This document shows, in pieces, positions 1 through 10,001 of a stretch of DNA of 64,000 nucleotides. Numbering within the stretch: the stretch's first letter is position 1; every line of letters begins with the position of its first letter. Below the pieces are notes generated by a model. The model ran no database searches. It had not been told where the DNA came from and saw only the letters and a list, made by a program, of their open reading frames with translations. Location: IMG/VR virus record IMGVR_UViG_3300028844_005445, positions 4,731-68,730 of that record; one strand, given 5' to 3'. The DNA comes from a virus. The translations under genes were made by a program, and so were the position numbers.

Positions 1-21
1 TATCGGGAGGGTGGTTTTTAT

Positions 22-507
22 ATGGATGTGGACAATTATTTAACTGAACCGATAGATGAGTTTTTGAATCCAGTAGCGGAATGCATGGTTGCTATGAACG
101 GTCGTAAAGAGATAGATTTTTGTATATGTGCCGCGGTACCGGGGAATATTTACATAGAGAACACACTCACCAGTATCACACAAAGACTAAGGGACCGGGT
201 TGATGGTACTGCTTACCAGGTTACTGGGCCACCTAATTGGAGAAACACGAATTACAATAACAAGGAGAACCATCCGCACCGGGAGTACAAAATACAAATA
301 GTAGCTCAAGAAGCGCATAAAGACAAAGGCTGGGGTGATTATCCGCAAGACTTTGAGAAAACTCCTTCAACGGATCATTGGTTACAACCAATAGGGTTCC
401 ATTACATAAAAGATCACATGCATTTGAACACACTTCCTAAGGACGTACCTATGGATAGACACAGATGGCAGTCCGCACGAGATGACAAAAGATCATTATA
501 TAAATAG
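22..507 (+). CDS. hypothetical protein
   Basis: 161 aa ORF; no recognised motif. Confidence 0.6.
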   Translation: MDVDNYLTEPIDEFLNPVAECMVAMNGRKEIDFCICAAVPGNIYIENTLTSITQRLRDRVDGTAYQVTGPPNWRNTNYNNKENHPHREYKIQIVAQEAHKDKGWGDYPQDFEKTPSTDHWLQPIGFHYIKDHMHLNTLPKDVPMDRHRWQSARDDKRSLYK

Positions 508-529
508 TGAACCTGGACTAAATACTCAT

Positions 530-724
530 GTGAATGAAAAACTAACCATAGGATTTTTCTTGTTAGGTTGTGTGATTGTCACTGCCGCCATCATGGGTGT
601 GAACAGAATCGAGCGTCTGGAAGACATCATCCTCAAGCAACAGGACACGATCGAACAACAAGAAAAGGCGATAGCCATGCAGCGGCTAGAATCTCAAATG
701 CTGCGCATGGGATTCGGAAGATAG
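530..724 (+). CDS. small membrane protein with coiled coil
   Basis: GTG start after TAAATA motifs (499-506, 519-524); hydrophobic LTIGFFLLGCVIVTAAIMGV then Q/E-rich coil. Confidence 0.6.
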   Translation: MNEKLTIGFFLLGCVIVTAAIMGVNRIERLEDIILKQQDTIEQQEKAIAMQRLESQMLRMGFGR

Positions 725-728
725 TCTG

Positions 729-1010
729 ATGAAACGACTGGTCAAGTTGTTGAACCAGTTGAAAGGACTGGCCAAGCCACAGCAAGTTGTGGATGTCGAC
801 TACCTTGAGCACTTGAACGATGCTGTTGAACACTTACGAGACGATCGAGCAGAGTTGCTGAAGTGGATGGAACAGGAACATCAACGGGCATGTTTTTGTT
901 GTCAGAAATACAGAAGTGAGGAGGATGTGAAATATTATGAGGATCGTCGCGACTTGATGAAGCGTTTGAAACATTATCTTGAACTGTTGCTCACTCCGGA
1001 CAAACTATAG
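729..1010 (+). CDS. hypothetical protein
   Basis: 93 aa ORF in co-oriented run. Confidence 0.6.
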   Translation: MKRLVKLLNQLKGLAKPQQVVDVDYLEHLNDAVEHLRDDRAELLKWMEQEHQRACFCCQKYRSEEDVKYYEDRRDLMKRLKHYLELLLTPDKL

Positions 1011-1039
1011 TTGAAACTGCTGCGTATATTGACTATAAT
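1011..1039 (+). promoter_or_regulatory. sigma70-type promoter
   Basis: TTGAAA-17nt-TATAAT, 6 nt before ATG 1046. Confidence 0.75.
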
Positions 1040-1045
1040 ATACAC

Positions 1046-1357
1046 ATGAACTCTGAACAACATGAAGCTTATGCTGTTGATTTGCTCAAATGTTACACAC
1101 CTGACGTGTATGTGGGTCCGGACATACGGGACGAGAGCATGAGACAGATGGTCGATCCGGACCACGAAGGCATGGTTTACTTGGAACCGGTGGAAAACAC
1201 CACCAGACGTGTGATCGTGAGCTTGCTCAAATCAGCAGACCATCTGACAAACATCAGCAAGGAGTTGATACCGTGTTGTTTTGCCATTGGTAATTGCATC
1301 AGCAATCCGAAAACGCGACTGGTGGCGGTCAAATGGTACAATTTATCCTGTGAGTGA
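1046..1357 (+). CDS. hypothetical protein
   Basis: 103 aa ORF directly after promoter. Confidence 0.65.
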   Translation: MNSEQHEAYAVDLLKCYTPDVYVGPDIRDESMRQMVDPDHEGMVYLEPVENTTRRVIVSLLKSADHLTNISKELIPCCFAIGNCISNPKTRLVAVKWYNLSCE

Positions 1358-1661
1358 TACGTGGATAAAGCAGGCTAGTGTGAGTTACCAATCACAACGC
1401 CTAGAGGAGCTGTTAGGAGCAGAGGATCATCATTACAACGTGTGGCATGAACCAACAGGTGTGGTGTTGATGTACCGGAAACCACCGGGCAAGGAGCTGG
1501 TGTACCGTGGTCAGCTAGGTGTAGGTCCCAATTTCAAAAAATATTATACACAGAACAAAATAGACAAGCTGGCACCATTCGTGAGCGAGTTGATCGAGAA
1601 GCGTCGTAACTACATGAAACCTAAAAAGAAAAAGAAGCGGCGTGTTAAAAGCGCCACATGA
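1350..1661 (+). CDS. hypothetical protein, basic C-terminus
   Basis: GTG overlapping upstream gene end; start reassigned from ORF track. Confidence 0.55.
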   Translation: MSDTWIKQASVSYQSQRLEELLGAEDHHYNVWHEPTGVVLMYRKPPGKELVYRGQLGVGPNFKKYYTQNKIDKLAPFVSELIEKRRNYMKPKKKKKRRVKSAT

Positions 1662-1962
1662 TCTCGCTCACTATTCTGTCCAAGTTACCCGCCCAAAATC
1701 TTCGGGCTCGTATGTGGTAAGGTTCTGTGTCGCTGATTATTATACCTGGTTCGGGTTCCCGGGGTTCAATTATGTCTTCTACAAAATCAAACGCACCATG
1801 TCGTTTTAAATAGTCATAACATGTGTCTTTAAATTGTGGTTCTATTCGCACAACCACGTCAATCTCTTTGAAAACATTTGCATACAACGTCACGTCACGA
1901 AAGCAGCTGGTGCTAGAAGGAGGAAAAATCAAATTACCATCTATCAACAACACCTTGCTCAT
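1645..1962 (-). CDS. hypothetical protein
   Basis: start MSKVLLIDG reassigned to follow the minus-strand late promoter at 1970-1977. Confidence 0.6.
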   Translation of the reverse strand: MSKVLLIDGNLIFPPSSTSCFRDVTLYANVFKEIDVVVRIEPQFKDTCYDYLKRHGAFDFVEDIIEPREPEPGIIISDTEPYHIRARRFWAGNLDRIVSEIMWRF

Positions 1963-1969
1963 CTCATTA

Positions 1970-1981
1970 TATTTATAAATA
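1970..1981. promoter_or_regulatory. overlapping bidirectional T4-type late promoter
   Basis: palindrome TATTTATAAATA gives TATAAATA on both strands between divergent starts 1962 and 1988. Confidence 0.75.
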
Positions 1982-1987
1982 ACATGT

Positions 1988-2413
1988 ATGTTGAACAAAA
2001 TTTTGATAGTAGGTTTACCAGGTTCTGGTAAAACAGCTTTGGCTAAACCACTGGCGGCCAAGCTTGGAGCGGTGCACATCAATGCAGATCAAATCAGAGA
2101 GGAGTACGATGACTGGGATTTCAGCAACGAAGGTAGATTGAACCAAGCATATCGGATGAAATATCTAGCAGATGGTATAGTCAAAGCTGGGAAAAGATGT
2201 GTAGCAGATTTTGTATGTCCTACCCAACAAACAAGAGACATATTCGCGCCAGATTACATGATCTGGATCGATCGGATCAGTCAGGGTAGATTTGAAGATA
2301 CAAACAGAGTGTTCAAGCAACCAACAAATGCAGACATGGTGTTGTCCGATGGTTCTGTGGAACAGTGGTTATCACAAGTCGTAGTAGCTATTTCCGTGGA
2401 TAATCTATTCTGA
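1988..2413 (+). CDS. cysC: adenylyl-sulfate (APS) kinase-like P-loop kinase
   Basis: GLPGSGKT Walker A; NADQIR..DWDFS..GR and ADFVCP motifs of CysC-like kinases. Confidence 0.75.
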   Translation: MLNKILIVGLPGSGKTALAKPLAAKLGAVHINADQIREEYDDWDFSNEGRLNQAYRMKYLADGIVKAGKRCVADFVCPTQQTRDIFAPDYMIWIDRISQGRFEDTNRVFKQPTNADMVLSDGSVEQWLSQVVVAISVDNLF

Positions 2414-2807
2414 ACTCTCGACCATGGTCTTTGAACCCATATTTTTTATACATTGAGTATATTTTTTTGCTAGTGTAACGGCTGGTGCATATTAGTTTGT
2501 AACATCCTTGAAAGTTGGCATATTGTACCGCCTCGTCTGTCAATTTAGAGCCTATACTTCTTTTTCTATGACCAGGTTCAACAAACAAGTCTTCTAATAA
2601 ACCAAATGGCCGGTCATGTAGTTCGTTGTATAATATATAAATGGTTGCTCTACCTAAGCGCTCCCCGTTTTCATGGTATTCGATTTTGATACCTTTGTTG
2701 AATCGATTCAACTGTTTATGTTCTATTGTATATTCTACCGACCCTAGTTCAATATTTTCACTAGATCGTTTTTTGAATAAATTGGCCAATCCATTTATAA
2801 TATTCAT
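2388..2807 (-). CDS. GNAT acetyltransferase (GNA1-like)
   Basis: LEDLFVEPGHRKRSIGSKL acetyl-CoA motif A; GCYKL; YKKYGF. Confidence 0.8.
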   Translation of the reverse strand: MNIINGLANLFKKRSSENIELGSVEYTIEHKQLNRFNKGIKIEYHENGERLGRATIYILYNELHDRPFGLLEDLFVEPGHRKRSIGSKLTDEAVQYANFQGCYKLICTSRYTSKKIYSMYKKYGFKDHGREFRIDYPRK

Positions 2808-2831
2808 TATTATATTTAATGGTATAATTGA

Positions 2832-3047
2832 TTAATTTTTACCCTGCCACTCAGTAAAGTACTGCTCTGGTTTACTAGACTCAACAAGTGCATCAACAAC
2901 TATACGTTCACGTAAATATTGACTTCTCATGATCGCGAAACAATAGTACCGAGCATACAATATTTTGACACCTTCAGTAACTACGTCGTACAACCAGATC
3001 ATGGAGACAAACGGCAGCACTAGAAACAACCAGATTAAAAGATTCAT
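2832..3047 (-). CDS. small membrane protein
   Basis: hydrophobic N-terminus. Confidence 0.5.
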   Translation of the reverse strand: MNLLIWLFLVLPFVSMIWLYDVVTEGVKILYARYYCFAIMRSQYLRERIVVDALVESSKPEQYFTEWQGKN

Positions 3048-3102
3048 ACATATATTATAACTTATACTGGAACATTAATCAAATTTATATTATAATAATG
3101 AT

Positions 3103-3387
3103 ATGAATGAAGCTATAAAAACTGCTATAAAAGGTGTATATTATGAATTTTGTGGTAAACGCATGCAAGCGATTGCTGATTTAGAAGTGTTGTTGCAACA
3201 GACTGTGGGTGTTGGAGACCACGCTAACATATGTGAAGACATCAAAAAGAAATATGAAGAAATAGACAAATACAACAGTTTGTTAGACACCATGAACGAG
3301 CAACACCATGACATAACCATGGGAGAAACTGATCAACGCAAGGTACAAGAAACAAAAGAATGTGATGACTCGTGCGGATGTGATTAA
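3103..3387 (+). CDS. hypothetical phage protein
   Basis: 94 aa ORF after TATAAT; VGVGDH motif and coiled coil. Confidence 0.65.
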   Translation: MNEAIKTAIKGVYYEFCGKRMQAIADLEVLLQQTVGVGDHANICEDIKKKYEEIDKYNSLLDTMNEQHHDITMGETDQRKVQETKECDDSCGCD

Positions 3388-3418
3388 AAACCCATGTGAG
3401 AACATAAATATACATAGC

Positions 3419-4321
3419 ATGAATCAAGATCAACACAACATTTTTTCTGGGTACAAACAAATTTTGAATGAACAAATGGCACCGGCCGCGCCACCTGCTG
3501 TAGACGCTGGACAAGCCATAGCACAAGCTGAGCAACTGATGGCCAACGGCCCTGGACAAGATGCAGCCATGTTACAACAACAAGTGCAAGCGGTACAGGC
3601 AGCACAAGATGCTATAAACGCGCAAGTGGAACAACTCAATTTGCAAATAGACCGGGATGAGGCAAATGCTGCACAAGGTAATCCGATTGACATGTCAGGA
3701 GAAAATCCCGGAGTGTCAGTGTCACAATCTCAACTTCAACAGTTGAATGACAAGATGACCGGCATCATGCAGATGGCTCAAACATTGGCAGGCCCAGCTC
3801 AACAAGCAGGTGTTGACACCAGCATGTTGACAGAGAACATCAAACGCTGTGTTGGATTGTTACGAGAACATGCCGGGTGGTATGCACGTAATTTGATACC
3901 TGGTAAGGATGGAGATAGTCTGAATAAGCGCATGTCTTACAAACAGACACTAATGGAGAATCGATTCCCAGAGCTTGAACAAGAGGACACTGTACTAGCA
4001 GGGGAGGAAGAAGATGAAGAAGATTCAAATTATCTCAGAGATGTGCTAGGTTATGAACCAGAAGACTTCGAACAAGAAGACCCAGACCAAGCAGCGATGG
4101 ATCGGATGGATGTAGAGGAAGACGATACAGTTGAACTAGCCAATCGTGACAGACCATCCGCTGGTCCGGAAGACGCTTTGATGGATGATGTACATGCACT
4201 TGAGCGGTTACTAGACGACGAGACACGTGCAGTAATGGATGACGAAGGTGGAGACATGAGTCGGAGAGAAGCTCGAGAAACAGCCAAAGACATTATAAAA
4301 CACATGATTGACCGGCTTTAA
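3419..4321 (+). CDS. acidic Q/A-rich late protein (possible prohead-core/internal protein)
   Basis: ATAAATA at 3404-3410; LNE/LTE/LME motifs; very acidic C-terminal half. Confidence 0.6.
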   Translation: MNQDQHNIFSGYKQILNEQMAPAAPPAVDAGQAIAQAEQLMANGPGQDAAMLQQQVQAVQAAQDAINAQVEQLNLQIDRDEANAAQGNPIDMSGENPGVSVSQSQLQQLNDKMTGIMQMAQTLAGPAQQAGVDTSMLTENIKRCVGLLREHAGWYARNLIPGKDGDSLNKRMSYKQTLMENRFPELEQEDTVLAGEEEDEEDSNYLRDVLGYEPEDFEQEDPDQAAMDRMDVEEDDTVELANRDRPSAGPEDALMDDVHALERLLDDETRAVMDDEGGDMSRREARETAKDIIKHMIDRL

Positions 4322-4323
4322 TG

Positions 4324-4352
4324 TTGCCTAAAACGGGAACATCTCATACTAT
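4324..4352 (+). promoter_or_regulatory. sigma70-type promoter
   Basis: TTGCCT-17nt-TACTAT, 6 nt before ATG 4359. Confidence 0.6.
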
Positions 4353-4358
4353 TATTGT

Positions 4359-4676
4359 ATGAGCACAACACAATTACACCTCACATTAGATCAAATGAAC
4401 ATCTGGGCCGAGATCAACGAACGAGTCCCTAGTACAGGTTACAAGAATATTGAAAGGTTCATCAACACGATGGAGATTTGCCCACCGTTACAATTGATGA
4501 AACGTTTGAGACGACTGGTTGTAGACGAAGCTGTTGATCCAGAAGACATTGTGACCTGGATTGTTGATGAATCCACCGGGGAACAACATGCATACAACAT
4601 TCGATTATCTGAAATATTTAAATCTGTTTACGAACCAGTTGAAGTTGATAAATCTTTGATAGAAGGTATTGTTTAA
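4359..4676 (+). CDS. hypothetical protein
   Basis: 105 aa ORF. Confidence 0.6.
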   Translation: MSTTQLHLTLDQMNIWAEINERVPSTGYKNIERFINTMEICPPLQLMKRLRRLVVDEAVDPEDIVTWIVDESTGEQHAYNIRLSEIFKSVYEPVEVDKSLIEGIV

Positions 4677-4996
4677 ATAGGTTCAAGCTCAGACAACTGT
4701 ACATGATATAGTATTGTCTCGTCTGGTAGCTCTATTGTAGCCTCTTGAGTTTTATCATCTATACCCACAATATTTACAATCTCGGCTGTTTGTTGGTATG
4801 TTGCTTGTGTACCCACTTCAAGTGTGGAATCCTCTTCTTCAAAATAACTGGCATATGACAATCTGGTGTTAGGGTTCCCACGACGCTGTAATTTTGGTGT
4901 AAACTGGTCCATCCCGGTGCTCATCCTCCCGGTTCCTTCTTTGTACAATCCGTACATATCAGAATCATCATTAGTATAATCAGTTGTCATATACAA
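4673..4996 (-). CDS. hypothetical late protein
   Basis: TATAAATA immediately upstream on minus strand; true start may be ATG at 4990. Confidence 0.6.
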   Translation of the reverse strand: MYMTTDYTNDDSDMYGLYKEGTGRMSTGMDQFTPKLQRRGNPNTRLSYASYFEEEDSTLEVGTQATYQQTAEIVNIVGIDDKTQEATIELPDETILYHVQLSELEPI

Positions 4997-5046
4997 TTAT
5001 TTATATTTTAGCTTTAAAATTAAACAGATAAATTATATAATATAGT

Positions 5047-5409
5047 ATGCCTAGAAAAACTAAAAAATTAACCTGTGTAGTGACAGGTAGATCTCTTGTG
5101 TTATCAAAAGACTATTACCAATCAAAGCTTGACAAGGTAGGTGGTGATGAACAATTGCTCCACGACAGTTATGTATGTAAGGAAGCTAAAGATTTGATCA
5201 AAAGAGGTTATGATGTTGAAAAGACCAGAGGTTTATTAGGTGTTGACTCACAAGACCTTCCGGATGTAGATAACAAAATAGTTGAACAAATACAAAATGA
5301 TTCACGTTTACGCTTTCGTAATATACCACGTTTTAACATAAATAACTACACGTCAGCCAAAACTGACCCTGACGTGGTAGAATTTTTAAAACGAGTATTA
5401 AAACAATAG
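5047..5409 (+). CDS. hypothetical phage protein
   Basis: 120 aa ORF. Confidence 0.65.
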   Translation: MPRKTKKLTCVVTGRSLVLSKDYYQSKLDKVGGDEQLLHDSYVCKEAKDLIKRGYDVEKTRGLLGVDSQDLPDVDNKIVEQIQNDSRLRFRNIPRFNINNYTSAKTDPDVVEFLKRVLKQ

Positions 5410-5412
5410 ATT

Positions 5413-5628
5413 ATGTACACAGCAACTACAACTGGAAATTATATTAGAATAATAGATGTCAAGACAGGCGCTACTAAAAAGATGATAAAGTATACTGGAA
5501 CATTGGTCCAGGGACCGGTTGTGGCTGGTACCGAAATGAGCATAACGGTACGTGTGAGTCCTTCTCTTACTTATGTACTGATCTACAGTGTACCATACGG
5601 TGGTTTACGTAGAAGGGTACGTATTTAA
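5413..5628 (+). CDS. small beta-rich hypothetical protein
   Basis: 71 aa ORF. Confidence 0.6.
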   Translation: MYTATTTGNYIRIIDVKTGATKKMIKYTGTLVQGPVVAGTEMSITVRVSPSLTYVLIYSVPYGGLRRRVRI

Positions 5629-5689
5629 GAATAACTTTTTTGACATTTGTTATTGAATAGGTACTGAGTCGAGTATAATATATTGTGTA

Positions 5690-8137
5690 ATGAACGTTAC
5701 TAAAAGAAACGGAAAAACTGAATCGTTTAACGAAGAGAAAATACTAGCATGTGTCCGGCGCGCCTGTGATGGTGATGAAGATCTGGTACAGAAGATCTAC
5801 TGGAACATGAAGCTCAATTTGTATGATGGTGTCAAGACTCGAGAGATTGACGAGGCTGTCATCAAGTCAGCCAGAACATTGATTGAAAATGATCCCAGAT
5901 GCAAGTATGTTGCCGCGAAACTGTTGCTAGCTACAGTGTATAAAGAAGTGTTTGGTGAAGGAGCTGATAGTGATGCGTTTGTTTTACAATACAAAAAAAC
6001 GTTTATTGTGAATCTCAAGCGATTGATCAAGGAAAAAATAGTTAACAAGGAGTTAGCAAAGTTTGATTTACAAAAATTGTCTGATGCATTGGATATTGAC
6101 CGGGATCATAACTTTGAATATCTAGGTTTACAAACTGTTTATGACAGGTACTTGATGCATATCAATGATGTGAGGATGGAAACACCTCAAGCATTTTGGA
6201 TGAGAGTAGCGATGGGACTAGCTTTGAAAGAAGCACCAGGTACTCGAGAAGATTGGGCTATAAAGTTTTACAACCAAATAAGTAGTTTTGATTTTATGTG
6301 CAGCACACCAACATTGTTCAACAGTGGTGGTACATTCAATCAATTGAGCAGCTGCTTCTTGAACACCTTTGAAGATAGTATCAACGGTATATTTGATGGT
6401 TTACATCAAGAAGCACTTAAAAATAAATATGCCGGTGGGTTGGGTATGGATCTAACCAATTTTCGTGCATGTAATAGTTACATACGTGGTACAAATGGTT
6501 ACACCCAAGGTGCTGTGTATTTCTGGAAATTGTATGGTGACATGCTAACAGCTGTAAATCAAGGTGGTAAACGACGAGGTGCTGGTTGTGCTTACATGGA
6601 GACATGGCATGCTGATATTGAAGATTTTATCCAGCTCAGAAAAAACACCGGGGATGATAGAAAACGTACTCATGACATGAACACTGCTAACTGGATTCCG
6701 GATTTGTTCATGAAATATGTACAGAACGATGAACCATGGTATTTGTTTAGCCCCAACGAAGTACCGGAGTTACATGAATTGTATGGTAAGGAGTTTGAGA
6801 AAAAATACAAGGAGTATGTTAAAAAAGGAAAACGTGGTGAACTCAGAATATTTAGAGAGATCAGCGCCAAAGATCTGTGGAAGAAAATGCTCCGGAGTTT
6901 GTTTGAGACTGGTCATCCATGGATCACTTTCAAAGACCCTAGTAACATCAGATATAGTAATCAGCATGCAGGGGTTGTTCACAGTAGTAATTTATGTACT
7001 GAAATTTTATTACACACTAAAGCCACACAGTATCATGAAAACAGTCGAAGAATCAAAGAGCATGGTGAAACTGCTGTGTGTAACCTGGGTAGCATCAATT
7101 TAAAAAACCATTTGAAGACGGATGAACATGGAAATAATACAATAGATTACACCAAGCTTAAGAACACTGTCTCCCTTGGTCTCCGTATGTTAGACAATGT
7201 GATAGACATAAACTTCTACCCTACAGAAGAGACTCGAAAGAGTAACATGTCACATCGACCCGTGGGTATGGGTAGCATGGGATGGCACGACATGTATTAT
7301 GCACTGAACATACAGTTTGATAGTGATGAAGCTGCTAAACTTAGCAGCGATCTGTACGAGTATATTTCTTATGCTGCTATAGAAGCGAGTACAGGGCTAG
7401 CCAAAGAACGCGGTAAGTATGACTCGTATGAAGGTTCGTTATGGTCACAGAATAAATTGCCAATGGACACATACAAAGAGGTGATGAAGAAACGTGACAC
7501 ACGAGCCATAAGCCGGACTCGAGGTGATCTTGATTGGGAAGCATTACGCGAGAAGGTCAAACAACACGGTATGAGAAACAGCAACACCATGGCGATCGCT
7601 CCGACTGCCACTATATCATCCATAACTGGTTGTAGTCCTAGTACCGAGCCTTATTTTTCTGTACTATATGTATACAGTACTTTGAGTGGTGAATTTACCA
7701 TGGTTAATGAGCATTTTGTAAATGACATGAAAGCCATTGGTAAATGGGATCAATCGTTAGTAGACGAGCTCAAACGCACAGACGGTGATGTATCTCAAAT
7801 AGTCATTGTACCGGATGATATCAAACAAAAATATAAAACAGCTTTTCAACAAGATCAGATGAAAATGATCGAGCAAGCTGGCGCCCGGCAGCGGTGGATC
7901 GATCAGGGTCAAAGTTTGAATTTATACAACAAAGAGACCAGTCTCAAATTTTTAAATGACTTGTATTTCCATGCATGGAATCAAGGTCTCAAGACAACAT
8001 ATTACTTGAGAAACTTGGGTGCTAGCAAGATAGAAAAAAGCACAGTATCCAAGGTGAGTGAACCAGCGACTCCGGAACCGGAAAATATTTCAGCTTGTAG
8101 TCTGAATAGTGGTGGGGAATGTGAAAGCTGTCAATAA
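5690..8137 (+). CDS. nrdA: ribonucleoside-diphosphate reductase class I alpha subunit with ATP cone
   Basis: VTKRNG ATP cone; STPTLFNSG, LSSCF, SSNLCTEI, AIAPTATIS, GLKTTYYLR, C-terminal CESCQ. Confidence 0.97.
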   Translation: MNVTKRNGKTESFNEEKILACVRRACDGDEDLVQKIYWNMKLNLYDGVKTREIDEAVIKSARTLIENDPRCKYVAAKLLLATVYKEVFGEGADSDAFVLQYKKTFIVNLKRLIKEKIVNKELAKFDLQKLSDALDIDRDHNFEYLGLQTVYDRYLMHINDVRMETPQAFWMRVAMGLALKEAPGTREDWAIKFYNQISSFDFMCSTPTLFNSGGTFNQLSSCFLNTFEDSINGIFDGLHQEALKNKYAGGLGMDLTNFRACNSYIRGTNGYTQGAVYFWKLYGDMLTAVNQGGKRRGAGCAYMETWHADIEDFIQLRKNTGDDRKRTHDMNTANWIPDLFMKYVQNDEPWYLFSPNEVPELHELYGKEFEKKYKEYVKKGKRGELRIFREISAKDLWKKMLRSLFETGHPWITFKDPSNIRYSNQHAGVVHSSNLCTEILLHTKATQYHENSRRIKEHGETAVCNLGSINLKNHLKTDEHGNNTIDYTKLKNTVSLGLRMLDNVIDINFYPTEETRKSNMSHRPVGMGSMGWHDMYYALNIQFDSDEAAKLSSDLYEYISYAAIEASTGLAKERGKYDSYEGSLWSQNKLPMDTYKEVMKKRDTRAISRTRGDLDWEALREKVKQHGMRNSNTMAIAPTATISSITGCSPSTEPYFSVLYVYSTLSGEFTMVNEHFVNDMKAIGKWDQSLVDELKRTDGDVSQIVIVPDDIKQKYKTAFQQDQMKMIEQAGARQRWIDQGQSLNLYNKETSLKFLNDLYFHAWNQGLKTTYYLRNLGASKIEKSTVSKVSEPATPEPENISACSLNSGGECESCQ

Positions 8138-8145
8138 ATACTCAC

Positions 8146-9150
8146 ATGTCAACGAAAACAGGTAAGGTATTAGATGGAGATTCTGAAGGTGTAAATCAGA
8201 TTCTCCCACATGTTAACAAATGGGCTTGGGATCTATACAAGCAGGGTAAAAACAACAACTGGACCCCTGAAGAAGTGCCCATGACCAAAGATATTCAAAA
8301 CTGGAAACAAGACGGTGTGATCAGTGAAGATGAGAAATTATTGATCAAGAGATGTCTTGGTTTCTTTGCTGGTAGTGAGAGTCTTGTGGGTAACAATTTG
8401 TTCACACTATTCAAGTACGTGACCGACCCAGAATGTAGGCAGTACATGGCGAGACAAATGTATGAAGAGTGTTTACACAATGACACGATAGTTTATATAT
8501 GTGACAGCTTGGACCTTGATATAGACGAGGTATACGAAGCGTACAACACAATTCCTAGTATCAAAGCTAAAGATGATTTCTTGATGAGTGTAACCAAAGG
8601 TCTTGGTAAACATATTGATACATCAACAACTGCCGGTCAGCGTGATTTGATCAAAGGTGCATTCATATACTGGATTGTATGTGAAGGTACGTTTTTCTTC
8701 AGTGGTTTTGCTATGTTGTTAGCACTCTCCAGGAAAATTCCCGGTGTATGTGAACAGATACAATACACATTGAGGGACGAGAGCATTCATATCAAATTTG
8801 GTACTACACTGCTCAACAAAATTAAAGAACAGTATCCAGATGCATGGGATGATTCCTTAGAAGATGAGCTTGTAGAAAATCTAAAAGCTGCTGTTAAGCT
8901 AGAGATTCAATATGCGAAAGATGTGTTACCACGAGGTATACTTGGGTTGAATGCGGAGATGTTTGTTGATTACATGCAGCATATAGCCAATAGAAGATTA
9001 GAAGGTTTGGATATGAAGTTTAGATATGATAGTGATAAGAATCCTTTCCCGTGGTTGAGTGAAACTATTGATCTTCAAAAACAAAAGAACTTTTTTGAGA
9101 CTAAAGTCACAGACTATCAAAATAGTGGAGCTTTAGACGACGATTTCTAA
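8146..9150 (+). CDS. nrdB: ribonucleotide reductase beta subunit
   Basis: WTPEEV, EECLH, EGTFFFSGF, RDESIH, KNFFE; adjacent to nrdA. Confidence 0.96.
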   Translation: MSTKTGKVLDGDSEGVNQILPHVNKWAWDLYKQGKNNNWTPEEVPMTKDIQNWKQDGVISEDEKLLIKRCLGFFAGSESLVGNNLFTLFKYVTDPECRQYMARQMYEECLHNDTIVYICDSLDLDIDEVYEAYNTIPSIKAKDDFLMSVTKGLGKHIDTSTTAGQRDLIKGAFIYWIVCEGTFFFSGFAMLLALSRKIPGVCEQIQYTLRDESIHIKFGTTLLNKIKEQYPDAWDDSLEDELVENLKAAVKLEIQYAKDVLPRGILGLNAEMFVDYMQHIANRRLEGLDMKFRYDSDKNPFPWLSETIDLQKQKNFFETKVTDYQNSGALDDDF

Positions 9151-9189
9151 AAAAAATAACCCCGAGCTACCTAAATACCAGTAGCTGGG
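9149..9189 (-). terminator. rho-independent terminator between convergent genes
   Basis: minus strand CCCAGCTAC-loop-GTAGCTCGGG followed by T run. Confidence 0.55.
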
Positions 9190-9230
9190 TGCATTATATA
9201 TGTAACAAAGGGGTGGGTTGCGGGATTTTT

Positions 9231-9950
9231 TTAATGGCCTCCATGGGGACCATGGTGTGTAGCTCTGTTGTCAGCATGATTTTTTCCATACACATCAGCG
9301 GCGGCTTTGGATATGACTCGTTCCAATCTAGGCCAATCACCCATTCGAGTGTCTCCGTTAGGATTTGCATCTAATATTCCCTCTTCAACCATACGTCTTC
9401 TCAAGTCACCAGCTAGATGCTTCCAGAATGCGCTCCATCCTTTAGAACGGTAACCACCGCTGTGACCTCCATGAGGACCATGATACGTGCCTCTATCGTC
9501 TTGATGCGCGCGTCCGTAGCAATCTGCCATGGCTTTGGCGATCACTCTTAACAATCTGGGCCAGTCCCCACTTCTAGTATCACCATTCGGGTTACTGTCT
9601 AATATACCCTCTTCTACAGTCCGTCGGTACAGGTCACCGCGAAGTTTGTTGTAAAAATCACCCCAAGATGTTTGTGGAAAGCTTGTCAAGTGCGATGCAA
9701 TTGGTATCTGAGGTATGTACGGTTTACCATGGGGGCATGGACTGTGGTATGTCCCTCTATCTGCAGCATGATTTGGAGCGTATGTGTCTGCAAAAGCTTT
9801 AGATAACACACGTTCTAGCCTAGGCCAGTCACCCATTCGGGTGTCACCATTTGAGTTACTATCCAGTATACCTTCTTCAACCAATCGTTTTCTCAATCTA
9901 CTTTTCATGTGACTGTTGAAACTACCCCAAGATGTGTCAGTGAACCCCAT
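9231..9950 (-). CDS. late protein of three tandem ~65 aa repeats
   Basis: VEEGILDxNxNGDTRxGDWPRL occurs three times; TATAAATA at 9958-9965 (minus). Confidence 0.85.
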   Translation of the reverse strand: MGFTDTSWGSFNSHMKSRLRKRLVEEGILDSNSNGDTRMGDWPRLERVLSKAFADTYAPNHAADRGTYHSPCPHGKPYIPQIPIASHLTSFPQTSWGDFYNKLRGDLYRRTVEEGILDSNPNGDTRSGDWPRLLRVIAKAMADCYGRAHQDDRGTYHGPHGGHSGGYRSKGWSAFWKHLAGDLRRRMVEEGILDANPNGDTRMGDWPRLERVISKAAADVYGKNHADNRATHHGPHGGH

Positions 9951-9966
9951 ACTGTTTTATTTATAT

Positions 9967-9995
9967 TTGACATTCCTATTGATCCAGTGTAATAT
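9967..9995 (+). promoter_or_regulatory. sigma70-type promoter
   Basis: TTGACA-17nt-TAATAT, 6 nt before ATG 10002. Confidence 0.7.
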
Positions 9996-10001
9996 ACATA
10001 T

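Noticed and set aside
5690-9150. Intein or intron in nrdA/nrdB
   Set aside because: Both ORFs are continuous and of normal length with motifs in the expected order.
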